Source: a virus
Taxonomy: Duplodnaviria > Caudoviricetes
Direction: 5' to 3' (one strand)
Length of the DNA: 64,000 nucleotides
Virus record (IMG/VR): IMGVR_UViG_3300010965_000001
Location: 146,563 to 210,562 of that record
Shown: one piece after another, positions 30,284-37,494 of the stretch
Layout of the letters: each line of letters starts with the position of its first letter
Numbering within the stretch: position 1 is the stretch's first letter
Made by a program: the position numbers and the translations under genes
The notes under the pieces: model-generated
Told to the model about the DNA's origin: nothing
The model's database searches: none
The model's input: only the letters and a program-made list of their open reading frames with translations

Positions 30284-30359
30284 TAGGCGTGGTAGGAGTC
30301 GAACCCACCTAACAAGGAGATATAAGCTCCTTTCCTGCAACCACGCTTGATTCACGCCC
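30284..30359 (-). tRNA. tRNA-Ile(UAU)
   Basis: AAGGAG-CTTATAT-CTCCTT. Confidence 0.85.
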
Positions 30360-30392
30360 GATTTAACATATATAAATATACGAAATTTTAAT

Positions 30393-30650
30393 TTAATAAT
30401 CAAGTGATTTTAACAATTCTTTTAACTTGTTTTTATCGAGTAAAATCTCATCAAAATCACCGAATTTACATCTATAACCGAAGATATACTTCAATCCGTA
30501 CCATATCCGTTCAAAGAATGGGCGCGGCGTCAGGTGAATTTCAACATCAATTTCATCCTCATACCCGTCCACTACTTGGAATATTACAATATGTTCCGTA
30601 GAGTTACATTCACATACCATCAATTTTCGCGTAACCATGATTATCTCCAA
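30393..30650 (-). CDS. Hypothetical phage protein
   Basis: 85 aa; CEC...EH and RIW.GLKYIFGY. Confidence 0.65.
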   Translation of the reverse strand: MEIIMVTRKLMVCECNSTEHIVIFQVVDGYEDEIDVEIHLTPRPFFERIWYGLKYIFGYRCKFGDFDEILLDKNKLKELLKSLDY

Positions 30651-30861
30651 ATATTCTGTTTAATATTTTATAGTGTTCATACAACATTGCATTTTCATTT
30701 GACCACCACATATACTGCTTGCCTATTCGTATATAGATATTTTTATTAGTCGCCCTATACACTTCGGATATGGTATCCTCAATTACGACACGTTCGTCAC
30801 TTTCTGGATTGTGCCCTCCCAACAGTATAACAATGTCACCATTTTTGAATTTGTGGTTCAT
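30610..30861 (-). CDS. Hypothetical protein
   Basis: Start MNHKFK overlaps upstream TGA. Confidence 0.5.
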   Translation of the reverse strand: MNHKFKNGDIVILLGGHNPESDERVVIEDTISEVYRATNKNIYIRIGKQYMWWSNENAMLYEHYKILNRIFGDNHGYAKIDGM

Positions 30862-31754
30862 ATGATACTCAAATATTTGCAATACATTGTGTCAGATGAT
30901 AAATACATTTCTGCTAACTTTCGATTTATGTCACCCATAAATATACTGTAGTTCTTAATTTCATTTGATACTACATCATCATCCCATGCACCATCTACAA
31001 GATACGCCATATTCATATTATAATAGAACAACTCATTAAAATTACGTTCTGTGACCCACGTGCTAAGTGTTCTACCATCCGAAACAAACACGGCTTTACC
31101 ACATGCCATGCCTTCATATGCAGACCGCCCAATCCCAATTACAAAGTCAGATAAATGAATCATATCTCTAATTTCACGTTGTCCAAAGTCATTGCCAACA
31201 AATTGTAATTCAATATCATTTTGCTTAAAAGAATTTATCAGTTGCTCTGTAAAATGTGTAGAATATCGTGATAGAACCAATCCTCTTTTTAATTTCACTG
31301 CGGAACAACCCATGTAATCAAACAAATCCAAATCTATTCCATTTGGTATACTGTAATTTGCATTAATCAAATCATACAAATATTGACTTACTGCGATAAC
31401 TTTTCCATTGAAATTATAATCATATAAACCTTCACACATTGCTTTGCCATGTGCCACAAATATTTTCTTAGCGGTAACGGTATTAAATTCTTCTAAATGA
31501 AAAAGATAATTTAAAAATATTACATCGAACTTATTATAGTTAGCAGATTCGTCAGGAAGGATAATAGAAATATTCGCGGATTTGCAGTAATCAAAAAACT
31601 TCGGCTTGCTTACATCATAATAAGGACGAAACTTTTCAGGAATAATCTTAAAAGATACAAAATGCCCATCATCAATAAAGTGTTTAGCAAGCGTGTAAGC
31701 CCACGTATTTACTCCTGTGAACCGATTATGTTGTAACACAAGTAGAATTTTCAT
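30858..31754 (-). CDS. Glycosyltransferase (GT-B, GT4-like)
   Basis: 298 aa; TG..TW..TLA, IPNGIDL, GIGRSAYEGMACGK. Confidence 0.75.
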   Translation of the reverse strand: MKILLVLQHNRFTGVNTWAYTLAKHFIDDGHFVSFKIIPEKFRPYYDVSKPKFFDYCKSANISIILPDESANYNKFDVIFLNYLFHLEEFNTVTAKKIFVAHGKAMCEGLYDYNFNGKVIAVSQYLYDLINANYSIPNGIDLDLFDYMGCSAVKLKRGLVLSRYSTHFTEQLINSFKQNDIELQFVGNDFGQREIRDMIHLSDFVIGIGRSAYEGMACGKAVFVSDGRTLSTWVTERNFNELFYYNMNMAYLVDGAWDDDVVSNEIKNYSIFMGDINRKLAEMYLSSDTMYCKYLSII

Positions 31755-31774
31755 TGTAGACCTTATATTGTTAG

Positions 31775-31847
31775 TACCCTAGTGCGGAATCGAACCGCCG
31801 TCTCAGCTTTGTAAGAGCCACGCCTTATACCACTAGACCACAAGGGC
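31775..31847 (-). tRNA. tRNA-Val(UAC)
   Basis: Loop CTTACAA; cloverleaf. Confidence 0.88.
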
Positions 31848-31858
31848 ATTTGTTGTTG

Positions 31859-31930
31859 AGAACGAAATGGGAATTGAACCCATCTAAATGGTTTTGCGGA
31901 CCATCACCTCAGCCTCTCGGTCATTCGTTC
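31859..31930 (-). tRNA. tRNA-Cys(GCA)
   Basis: ATGGT-CCGCAAA-ACCAT; U73; C at position 33. Confidence 0.88.
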
Positions 31931-31941
31931 ATGTTTTATTG

Positions 31942-32013
31942 AGCCCCTTACCCGCATCGAACGGGTGACTTAACTTTACGAGAGTCACATTTTACCAACT
32001 AAACTAAAAGGGC
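31942..32013 (-). tRNA. tRNA-Thr(CGU)
   Basis: TGACT-CTCGTAA-AGTTA. Confidence 0.88.
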
Positions 32014-32021
32014 GTTTCTTG

Positions 32022-32092
32022 CAGTCCTAAATGGTGTTGAACCACTGTTTTTCGGTTCAGAGCCGAATGTAATACCGTTATACTATAGGACT
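32022..32092 (-). tRNA. tRNA-Gln(CUG)
   Basis: TTCGG-CTCTGAA-CCGAA; G73. Confidence 0.9.
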
Positions 32093-32097
32093 ATTTG

Positions 32098-32170
32098 CAG
32101 AGGCAGCAGGGCTCGAACCTACACTTGTACGCCTTCAAAGGGCGTTGCCATACCATTAGGCGATACCTCT
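32098..32170 (-). tRNA. tRNA-Gln(UUG)
   Basis: ACGCC-CTTTGAA-GGCGT; G73. Confidence 0.9.
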
Positions 32171-32180
32171 AAACCTTTTA

Positions 32181-32549
32181 TTACTTGAACAACTGAGAAG
32201 AAATTATAAAATTTGCAGTTGCACGATTACACGCTGTTGGAACATCATACAGAACTGCAAGTCTAAGTAATGCCTTAACGTCTGGGTCATGTGGATGTGC
32301 GTTCATCGGGTCCCAAAAAAATATTAATGCATCGACTTGTTTATTTGCAATCATTGCACCTATTTCTTGGTCGCCACCGAGCGGTCCAGATTTTTTACGT
32401 TCAACCACCAAATCAGTTGCATCGGTGATTAATCCACCCGTAGTTCCTGTAGCGACTAATGTGTGTTTACTTAAAGTTAATTTATTGAAGACTGCCCATT
32501 CCAATAAATCTTTCTTTTTTTCATCATGTGCAATTAGTGCTATATTCAT
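32181..32549 (-). CDS. mgsA: Methylglyoxal synthase
   Basis: [31 protein letters not shown]...[11 protein letters not shown]. Confidence 0.95.
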   Translation of the reverse strand: MNIALIAHDEKKKDLLEWAVFNKLTLSKHTLVATGTTGGLITDATDLVVERKKSGPLGGDQEIGAMIANKQVDALIFFWDPMNAHPHDPDVKALLRLAVLYDVPTACNRATANFIISSQLFK

Positions 32550-32710
32550 TCAGTCACTTCCTTAGATTTTAACCACTTAAAATACATTTCCAACCAATCT
32601 CCAGACGTATGTTCATCTTTCCACGATGTTTCATCCATAAATTGGCTGATGAGGTTTTCCATGTGACATTGAAATTCGACCATTCCCATTTCTTCGTTAG
32701 TCTGCTCCAT
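32546..32710 (-). CDS. Hypothetical protein
   Basis: 54 aa from MEQTNE; overlaps both neighbours. Confidence 0.5.
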   Translation of the reverse strand: MEQTNEEMGMVEFQCHMENLISQFMDETSWKDEHTSGDWLEMYFKWLKSKEVTE

Positions 32711-33240
32711 GACCTGCCATTTTCTTTTCCTTACCACGGCAAACATGGTCACTTGCATAACTTGCTGCAGGCGAGTCAGGCTTTGCGTATGCATCGAAAC
32801 CCATACTCTGAATATATCCCATAGCCTGCTTGTGGATAACATTGCTTTCGAAGTTTTCATTTGGGTTTACATCCAAGTGAACTTCAAATGCGGTGATTTT
32901 CTTATTATCAAACAAATCAGAATCAGTTAAAATGGACGCAATATCAACTACTCTGTAAACTTCATCCCAAAGACGATTCTTTAACCTATCTCCCTTTGCC
33001 TTACCGTAAATCTTAACATTGTTATCACGCGAAAAGACAACGTGTGCACCACGACCAACCTTGTAGATACAAACAACTGTTACATATGTTGCGGCGTCAA
33101 AACGACGGGGCTGACTGTCACATCCTACGTAAATTTTAAATTCAGAAGTAAGTTCATCCTTACGAATGTATTCTTTAATATACTCCGCGATGTTTGGAAT
33201 CTTCGTTCCCTCTACCGTTTCCCATTTGAATTCTCGCATA
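32697..33240 (-). CDS. YkuK/DUF458 RNase H-like protein
   Basis: YVGCDSQ, RL..EV, EVHLDVN, KP.S.AAS.A.DH; start moved to MREFKW (AAGGAG RBS). Confidence 0.8.
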
Positions 33241-33266
33241 ACCTTACTCCTTTGTTTTGTTAGTTG

Positions 33267-33341
33267 TCGGAGTGACAGGATTCGAACCTGCGACCTCATG
33301 GTCCCAAACCACGCGCTCTACCAAACTGAGACTACACTCCG
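33267..33341 (-). tRNA. tRNA-Pro(UGG)
   Basis: C1:G72; loop TTTGGGA. Confidence 0.93.
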
Positions 33342-33574
33342 ATATATTTACCTTTTAGTGCATTAAAACTTTCTAAATACAATGGTCCTTTACAATTGGG
33401 ACATCCATGAGAATAATATAATAGATACCAATTCTCATACAAACTGTCAACGAATCGAAATCTATGCTCATGGTTTATAAATGCTTTGCAATTGTAACAC
33501 CTTATCAGTGGAGCATTTCCAGCATTTATAATTCTAACACAACGTTCTCTAAATTCTTTATATGATAGAGTCAT
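33332..33574 (-). CDS. Small Zn-finger protein (paralog 3)
   Basis: MTLSYKEF...CYNC...CPNC; stop codon lies inside tRNA-Pro. Confidence 0.6.
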   Translation of the reverse strand: MTLSYKEFRERCVRIINAGNAPLIRCYNCKAFINHEHRFRFVDSLYENWYLLYYSHGCPNCKGPLYLESFNALKGKYIGV

Positions 33575-33591
33575 AATCATTTTGTTTATTG

Positions 33592-33666
33592 TCGGGATAG
33601 AGAGACTTGAACTCTCACGATACCTTCGCCCCAAACGAAGTGGCTTGCCAATTAGCCCACATCCCG
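33592..33666 (-). tRNA. tRNA-Pro(UGG), second copy
   Basis: CTTCG-TTTGGGG-CGAAG. Confidence 0.88.
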
Positions 33667-33668
33667 TA

Positions 33669-33896
33669 TTAAAATGCCCTTACAAACTTGTCACCACGTT
33701 CATCTTTAGCACATTCTAAATACTTTTGTGAATTACATCTAACACATTTACGAATATAGTTATAATTATATAACATATGGAAATCTCCACCAACCTTTAT
33801 CCACGTTCCACAATAATAACACTTTAATATTGGTATGTGACGTGCTTTTCTAATTCGGTCAATTCTATCACAAAATTCTTCATAAGATAGTGTCAT
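33669..33896 (-). CDS. Small Zn-finger protein (paralog 2)
   Basis: MTLSYEEF...CYYC...CVRC. Confidence 0.6.
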   Translation of the reverse strand: MTLSYEEFCDRIDRIRKARHIPILKCYYCGTWIKVGGDFHMLYNYNYIRKCVRCNSQKYLECAKDERGDKFVRAF

Positions 33897-34084
33897 CTTG
33901 GTTTTCCCGCAGTAAAACTTTTTAAATATAATTGAGAACCACACCGTTTGCATCCACGTTCATATCGAATATATCCACCAGCATTTTCATGTTGAATACA
34001 TTTATAACAGAATAACAGTGGTGCATGCTGTGCAAGACGTATTCTATTAATCCTGTCGTAATATTCATTAAAAGAAAGCATCAT
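33893..34084 (-). CDS. Small Zn-finger protein (paralog 1)
   Basis: MMLSFNEY...CYKC...CKRC. Confidence 0.6.
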   Translation of the reverse strand: MMLSFNEYYDRINRIRLAQHAPLLFCYKCIQHENAGGYIRYERGCKRCGSQLYLKSFTAGKPR

Positions 34085-34182
34085 AACATTTATCAATTTT
34101 AAAGGTAATCGACATTAGTATGTAACAACATAACTCGTGTAGTTAGAGGTTTGTCAGGATACTACTCCACAATTACCAATTG

Positions 34183-34260
34183 TACACACAGAAGGACTCG
34201 AACCTTCATTTTCAACCATTACCTATAGTCCCGCGTATCAGACGGGCTGGATATGTGTGC
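34183..34260 (-). tRNA. Rewired tRNA-Ile(GAU)
   Basis: GCACACA/TGTGTGT-A; CCCGT-CTGATAC-GCGGG only 7 nt after the acceptor strand; TAATGG after the anticodon arm; canonical T arm. Confidence 0.78.
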
Positions 34261-34267
34261 ATTGTTG

Positions 34268-34350
34268 CTCATTAGGTAGGATTCGAACCTACAGGGGCGT
34301 TAGCCGTCCGCTTAACAGGCGGGGGAGTTTACCAGTTCCTCTACTAATGA
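34268..34350 (-). tRNA. tRNA-Asn(GUU) with long variable arm
   Basis: Loop CTGTTAA; V arm GGC-TAAC-GCC; U1:A72, G73. Confidence 0.85.
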
Positions 34351-34364
34351 ATATAAATTTTTTG

Positions 34365-34446
34365 TGCATTCGGAAGGAGTCGAACCCTCGTTGGATTTCT
34401 CCACCGCTTAAGAGGCGGGTGCATAATGCCGTTCTGCCACGAATGC
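34365..34446 (-). tRNA. tRNA-Lys(CUU) with long variable arm
   Basis: Loop CTCTTAA; V arm GGA-GAAA-TCC. Confidence 0.85.
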
Positions 34447-34454
34447 TTGTTTTG

Positions 34455-34527
34455 TACACCCAGTAGGAGTCGAACCCACCTAATACAATTTAAAAGATTG
34501 TTACCTAAACCGCTCGGTCACGGGTGC
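34455..34527 (-). tRNA. tRNA-Lys(UUU)
   Basis: ACAAT-CTTTTAA-ATTGT. Confidence 0.9.
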
Positions 34528-34533
34528 GTGTTG

Positions 34534-34604
34534 TGCACCCACAGGGAATCGAACCCTGGTCAATTGATTAAAAGTCAACTGCTTTGCCACTAAGCTATGG
34601 ATGC
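34534..34604 (-). tRNA. tRNA-Lys(UUU), second copy
   Basis: GTTGA-CTTTTAA-TCAAT. Confidence 0.92.
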
Positions 34605-34642
34605 GTTTATTAACGTCACACCCACTACTTAGTGAATGCGAC

Positions 34643-34669
34643 CTACCGTTTAGTCATCTTCTTTTTCAT
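34643..34669 (-). CDS. Lys-rich mini-ORF MKKKMTKR
   Basis: AAGGAGA RBS; followed by a 12-bp hairpin (34615-34642). Confidence 0.4.
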   Translation of the reverse strand: MKKKMTKR

Positions 34670-34733
34670 TGTGTATATCTCCTTAATTGTCTTTCGCCCC
34701 GCTACCATAAGCAATATGCTTAATTTCTTGTTG

Positions 34734-34805
34734 AGCCCCAGATGGGAGTTGAACCCATGTCTCATCCTTACCAAAGACGCGTTCTACCGTTAGTACTACA
34801 AGGGC
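34734..34805 (-). tRNA. tRNA-Thr(GGU)
   Basis: CGTCT-TTGGTAA-GGATG. Confidence 0.88.
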
Positions 34806-34948
34806 AAATCTGTTAAAAATTTTGTGAGTTTCGGTGTCCTACGAAGTGCTCTGTTATTTTTCTTTTTATTAAAAACTGCACGTTCATTGGAATCTGCATA
34901 CTTATTTGTTGCCTTTGTAACAATCTTTTTATACAGTGCTTTTTGCAT
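34796..34948 (-). CDS. Small basic protein
   Basis: 50 aa MQKALYKK...TDLPL*; AAGGA RBS; stop inside tRNA-Thr. Confidence 0.4.
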   Translation of the reverse strand: MQKALYKKIVTKATNKYADSNERAVFNKKKNNRALRRTPKLTKFLTDLPL

Positions 34949-34967
34949 AAAAATCCTTTTTTGTTTG

Positions 34968-35038
34968 AGCCCACTATCGGAGTCGAGCCGATGTCACAAC
35001 TTTACAAGAGTCGCGTTTTACCGTTAAACTAAGCAGGC
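34968..35038 (-). tRNA. tRNA-Thr(UGU)
   Basis: CGACT-CTTGTAA-AGTTG. Confidence 0.88.
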
Positions 35039-35053
35039 ATGCTGTGTTACTTG

Positions 35054-35128
35054 TAGTGCGTACGGGATTCGAACCCGTGATACCTACCTTGAAAGGGTAG
35101 TGACTTAAGCCAGCTTGTCGAACGCACC
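35054..35128 (-). tRNA. tRNA-Glu(UUC)
   Basis: CTACC-CTTTCAA-GGTAG. Confidence 0.92.
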
Positions 35129-35133
35129 ATATA

Positions 35134-35279
35134 ATATTTTATAATAGGATTTTCACCTATACGGTCTACCTCTCTCCTAGCTGACCCACTTGGAATTTTA
35201 CTTCCGTGCCCGACTCGAACGGGGATGGGTGTGACCTCGATTCAGCTCTAGCGTCTAAATATTTCGCCATATAAAATAT
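35134..35279 (-). ncRNA. tRNA-scaffold RNA with a second T arm replacing the anticodon loop
   Basis: All-A/U closing stem, Leu/Ser-type D arm, outer T arm ATAGG-TGAAAAT-CCTAT, inner CCCG-TTCGAGT-CGGG. Confidence 0.6.
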
Positions 35280-35281
35280 TG

Positions 35282-35370
35282 CGGAAGAAAAGAGAATTGA
35301 ACTCTTAGGACACTTTCATGCCCGACTGTTTAGCAAACAGGTCCGACTAACCAATATTCGGCTTTCTTCC
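35282..35370 (-). tRNA. tRNA-Ser(GCU)
   Basis: Loop TTGCTAA; long V arm; G73. Confidence 0.92.
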
Positions 35371-35376
35371 ATGTTG

Positions 35377-35445
35377 TACGGTATTTTGGTTCCGACCCAA
35401 ATCAACAAGTTTATGATACTCGTTTCGTCTCCTGACGTATACCGC
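35377..35445 (-). tRNA. Minimal tRNA-Met-like RNA (CAU)
   Basis: GCGGTAT/ATACCGT; mini D arm GTC-AGGA-GAC; AACGAGT-ATCATAA-ACTTGTT; T arm TTTGG-GTCGGAA-CCAAA. Confidence 0.6.
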
Positions 35446-35461
35446 GTTAAAACTAATTTGG

Positions 35462-35528
35462 TAGCGGGGCTGGGAACCGCCCCCAGGTAATCTCGGTTAT
35501 GAGCCGGACTGGCACTCTGCTCCCCGCA
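35462..35528 (-). tRNA. Short initiator-like tRNA-Met(CAU), non-canonical D and T loops
   Basis: U1xU72; loop CTCATAA; D arm GCA-GAG-TGC; T loop GGCGGTT. Confidence 0.7.
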
Positions 35529-35541
35529 ATATATTCTTTTG

Positions 35542-35614
35542 TAGCGCGAACGGGATTCGAACCCGTGGTCTGAAGGTTATGAGCCTACTGAGATGACCTC
35601 TTCTCTATCGCGCA
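35542..35614 (-). tRNA. tRNA-fMet(CAU)
   Basis: U1xU72 mismatch; loop CTCATAA; canonical T arm. Confidence 0.9.
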
Positions 35615-35626
35615 GTAATTTCTTTG

Positions 35627-35697
35627 AGCACCGTATCGGTGTCGAACCGATGACCGTAGTTTGGAAGACTACTATTTTACCGTTAAACTAACAGTGC
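35627..35697 (-). tRNA. tRNA-Gly(UCC)
   Basis: GTAGT-CTTCCAA-ACTAC; U73. Confidence 0.92.
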
Positions 35698-35715
35698 GTT
35701 ATTTCTGACACTTAT

Positions 35716-35744
35716 AATATACAACTAATTTTCATCAATGTCAA
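35716..35744 (-). promoter_or_regulatory. Sigma70-type promoter
   Basis: TTGACA-N17-TATATT. Confidence 0.8.
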
Positions 35745-35931
35745 GTTTTTCTTTTCTACGTATTCTTTTTTTACATCGTTCGTATGGAATACCATCTTCC
35801 ACCTTATAATCTGTTTCTATTACATTTTCACAATCCCAACATTCGTGACCCCAATGTCCACCTGCGTTAAACCAATTCCAACAAACATAGATAGATTTAC
35901 AGTACGGACATTTACGAAATCGATTTTTCAT
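35725..35931 (-). CDS. Small Zn-ribbon protein
   Basis: CPYC...CWDC; AAGGG RBS. Confidence 0.6.
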   Translation of the reverse strand: MKNRFRKCPYCKSIYVCWNWFNAGGHWGHECWDCENVIETDYKVEDGIPYERCKKRIRRKEKLDIDEN

Positions 35932-35932
35932 A

Positions 35933-36232
35933 TTATCCCTTGTAGAATTTGTTGAGAATTTCTTCTATCTCACCACTTGCCAACATTGTTCCACATTCAC
36001 AAATGGCTTGAATGTCATATTGATGGTCAATTCCTCCATCTGGATTCCACAATGGAGTTTCTTTAATACGTAACTTCCATGTGTGTACATGTTTTTCTTT
36101 TTTATCATGTCCCATAATAGAACCCTTTATAAATATAAAAGAATAAAAAATACCCACGATTCTGTATAACGGATACCATTTCTCTATTGGCCGCAACCCG
36201 CTCTCATCAATAACAGGAAATGAGTATCTCAA
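35933..36232 (-). CDS. Hypothetical protein (start uncertain)
   Basis: 99 aa ORF. Confidence 0.4.
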   Translation of the reverse strand: MRYSFPVIDESGLRPIEKWYPLYRIVGIFYSFIFIKGSIMGHDKKEKHVHTWKLRIKETPLWNPDGGIDHQYDIQAICECGTMLASGEIEEILNKFYKG

Positions 36233-36383
36233 GCTGTTTGCGTTGCACGCTCTCTTGTAGTTAAACGATTTTCATCAATTCATCGTCTCCGATGGTTGAG
36301 ATAATCTCCTACTCTTCCTGTTGCGTGTCGTGAGGTTCCTCACATCCTTTTACAAGGGTAGTGCGGTATCCTATTTTATTCTT

Positions 36384-36456
36384 GTTGCTCGACAGGCTTC
36401 GAACCTGTAGTCTCTCGGGTCGCAGCCGAGCATTTTACCAATTAAACTACAAGCCA
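36384..36456 (-). tRNA. tRNA with GCG anticodon (Arg) on a His-like body
   Basis: CTCGG-CTGCGAC-CCGAG; C73; U20. Confidence 0.75.
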
Positions 36457-36635
36457 ATTTTCATTCCACCAGCCATAATAACTTGTAATGCCATTTGGTG
36501 ATGTTCTGGTTTTATTTTTGAAAAATCAAATACCGCGTCTACTTCTGCACCATTTCCAAAATCAACATATCCTTTTACCATGACTTTTGGTTCTGTCATT
36601 ACTATACAAATATTATCAATGTCTGCCGTAATCAT
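36447..36635 (-). CDS. Hypothetical protein
   Basis: 62 aa from MITADI; stop inside the downstream tRNA. Confidence 0.5.
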   Translation of the reverse strand: MITADIDNICIVMTEPKVMVKGYVDFGNGAEVDAVFDFSKIKPEHHQMALQVIMAGGMKIGL

Positions 36636-36658
36636 AATATAACCTTTATGTTGTTCTG

Positions 36659-36749
36659 CGGAAAAGAGAGGATTCGAACCCCCAACCCAGCTTTCGCCAA
36701 GAACTGTTTTCGAGACAGTAGCGGTCATCCAGTTACGCTTTACTCTTCC
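36659..36749 (-). tRNA. tRNA-Ser(CGA)
   Basis: ACTGT-CTCGAAA-ACAGT; long V arm. Confidence 0.92.
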
Positions 36750-36876
36750 ATTTTCGTTCCCATACAGAAACCAATATTGCAAGTGGAAATGCAAACGGTA
36801 ACAAAAATAATGCTTCTCTACTTGTATATGGTGAACATAAATATTTTATGTTATTCCAAAAATTTCTAAATCCCAT
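36733..36876 (-). CDS. Small membrane peptide
   Basis: 47 aa from MGFRNFW; one TM; stop inside tRNA-Ser(CGA). Confidence 0.45.
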   Translation of the reverse strand: MGFRNFWNNIKYLCSPYTSREALFLLPFAFPLAILVSVWERKWKSKA

Positions 36877-36899
36877 GATATAACCTTTTTGTTGTTCTG

Positions 36900-36987
36900 C
36901 GGAAAGTGAGGGGCTCGAACCCGTCAACTGATTTTTCAACCAGCATCTGATTTCCAATCAGACTCCTTGCCAATTCGGTTACTTTCC
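36900..36987 (-). tRNA. tRNA-Ser(GGA)
   Basis: TCTGA-TTGGAAA-TCAGA; long V arm. Confidence 0.9.
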
Positions 36988-36988
36988 A

Positions 36989-37111
36989 TTATTTTTTACT
37001 ATCCCACAATGCCCAAATCAATCCAACTAATACGATAGCGGGTATTGTCCACCAAGGGTCTTCTTTGTTAATCTTAATCTTATTCCAAAATTCTTTTAAC
37101 AGTTCATTCAT
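36989..37111 (-). CDS. Small membrane peptide
   Basis: 40 aa from MNELLKEFW; one TM. Confidence 0.45.
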   Translation of the reverse strand: MNELLKEFWNKIKINKEDPWWTIPAIVLVGLIWALWDSKK

Positions 37112-37134
37112 TGAAAACCTTTGTTTGTGTATTG

Positions 37135-37217
37135 CGGAAGATATAGGAGTCGAACCTATACATCCTTTCGGACGGCAGTTTTCAAGACTGCTGCAATAGC
37201 CATTATGCGAATCTTCC
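37135..37217 (-). tRNA. tRNA-Ser(UGA)
   Basis: GCAGT-CTTGAAA-ACTGC; V arm TCC-GAAA-GGA. Confidence 0.93.
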
Positions 37218-37219
37218 AT

Positions 37220-37363
37220 TTAACAATTTGTTTTATACTTTCTCACACGACCTTTCCATCTTCGAATACAAATCAAACATGCTTTACTTTCTTTTATCAT
37301 TTTGCGTATTTTTAACTTCTTGTAGACAGAAGAATTTGTCGTATTTTTCAAAGTATCAGTCAT
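37220..37363 (-). CDS. Small basic peptide with CxxC
   Basis: 47 aa from MTDTLK. Confidence 0.35.
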   Translation of the reverse strand: MTDTLKNTTNSSVYKKLKIRKMIKESKACLICIRRWKGRVRKYKTNC

Positions 37364-37494
37364 AGTATATTCAGTTATGCGATAGTGAACAGTAATTAAA
37401 CCTTTACCTCCATAACTCGTTTTGAGTGAGTCAGCGCTCTGATTTGAACAGGCGATTCGTAGCGTGCAAGGCTCGCGAGGTTTCTCATATTTTG

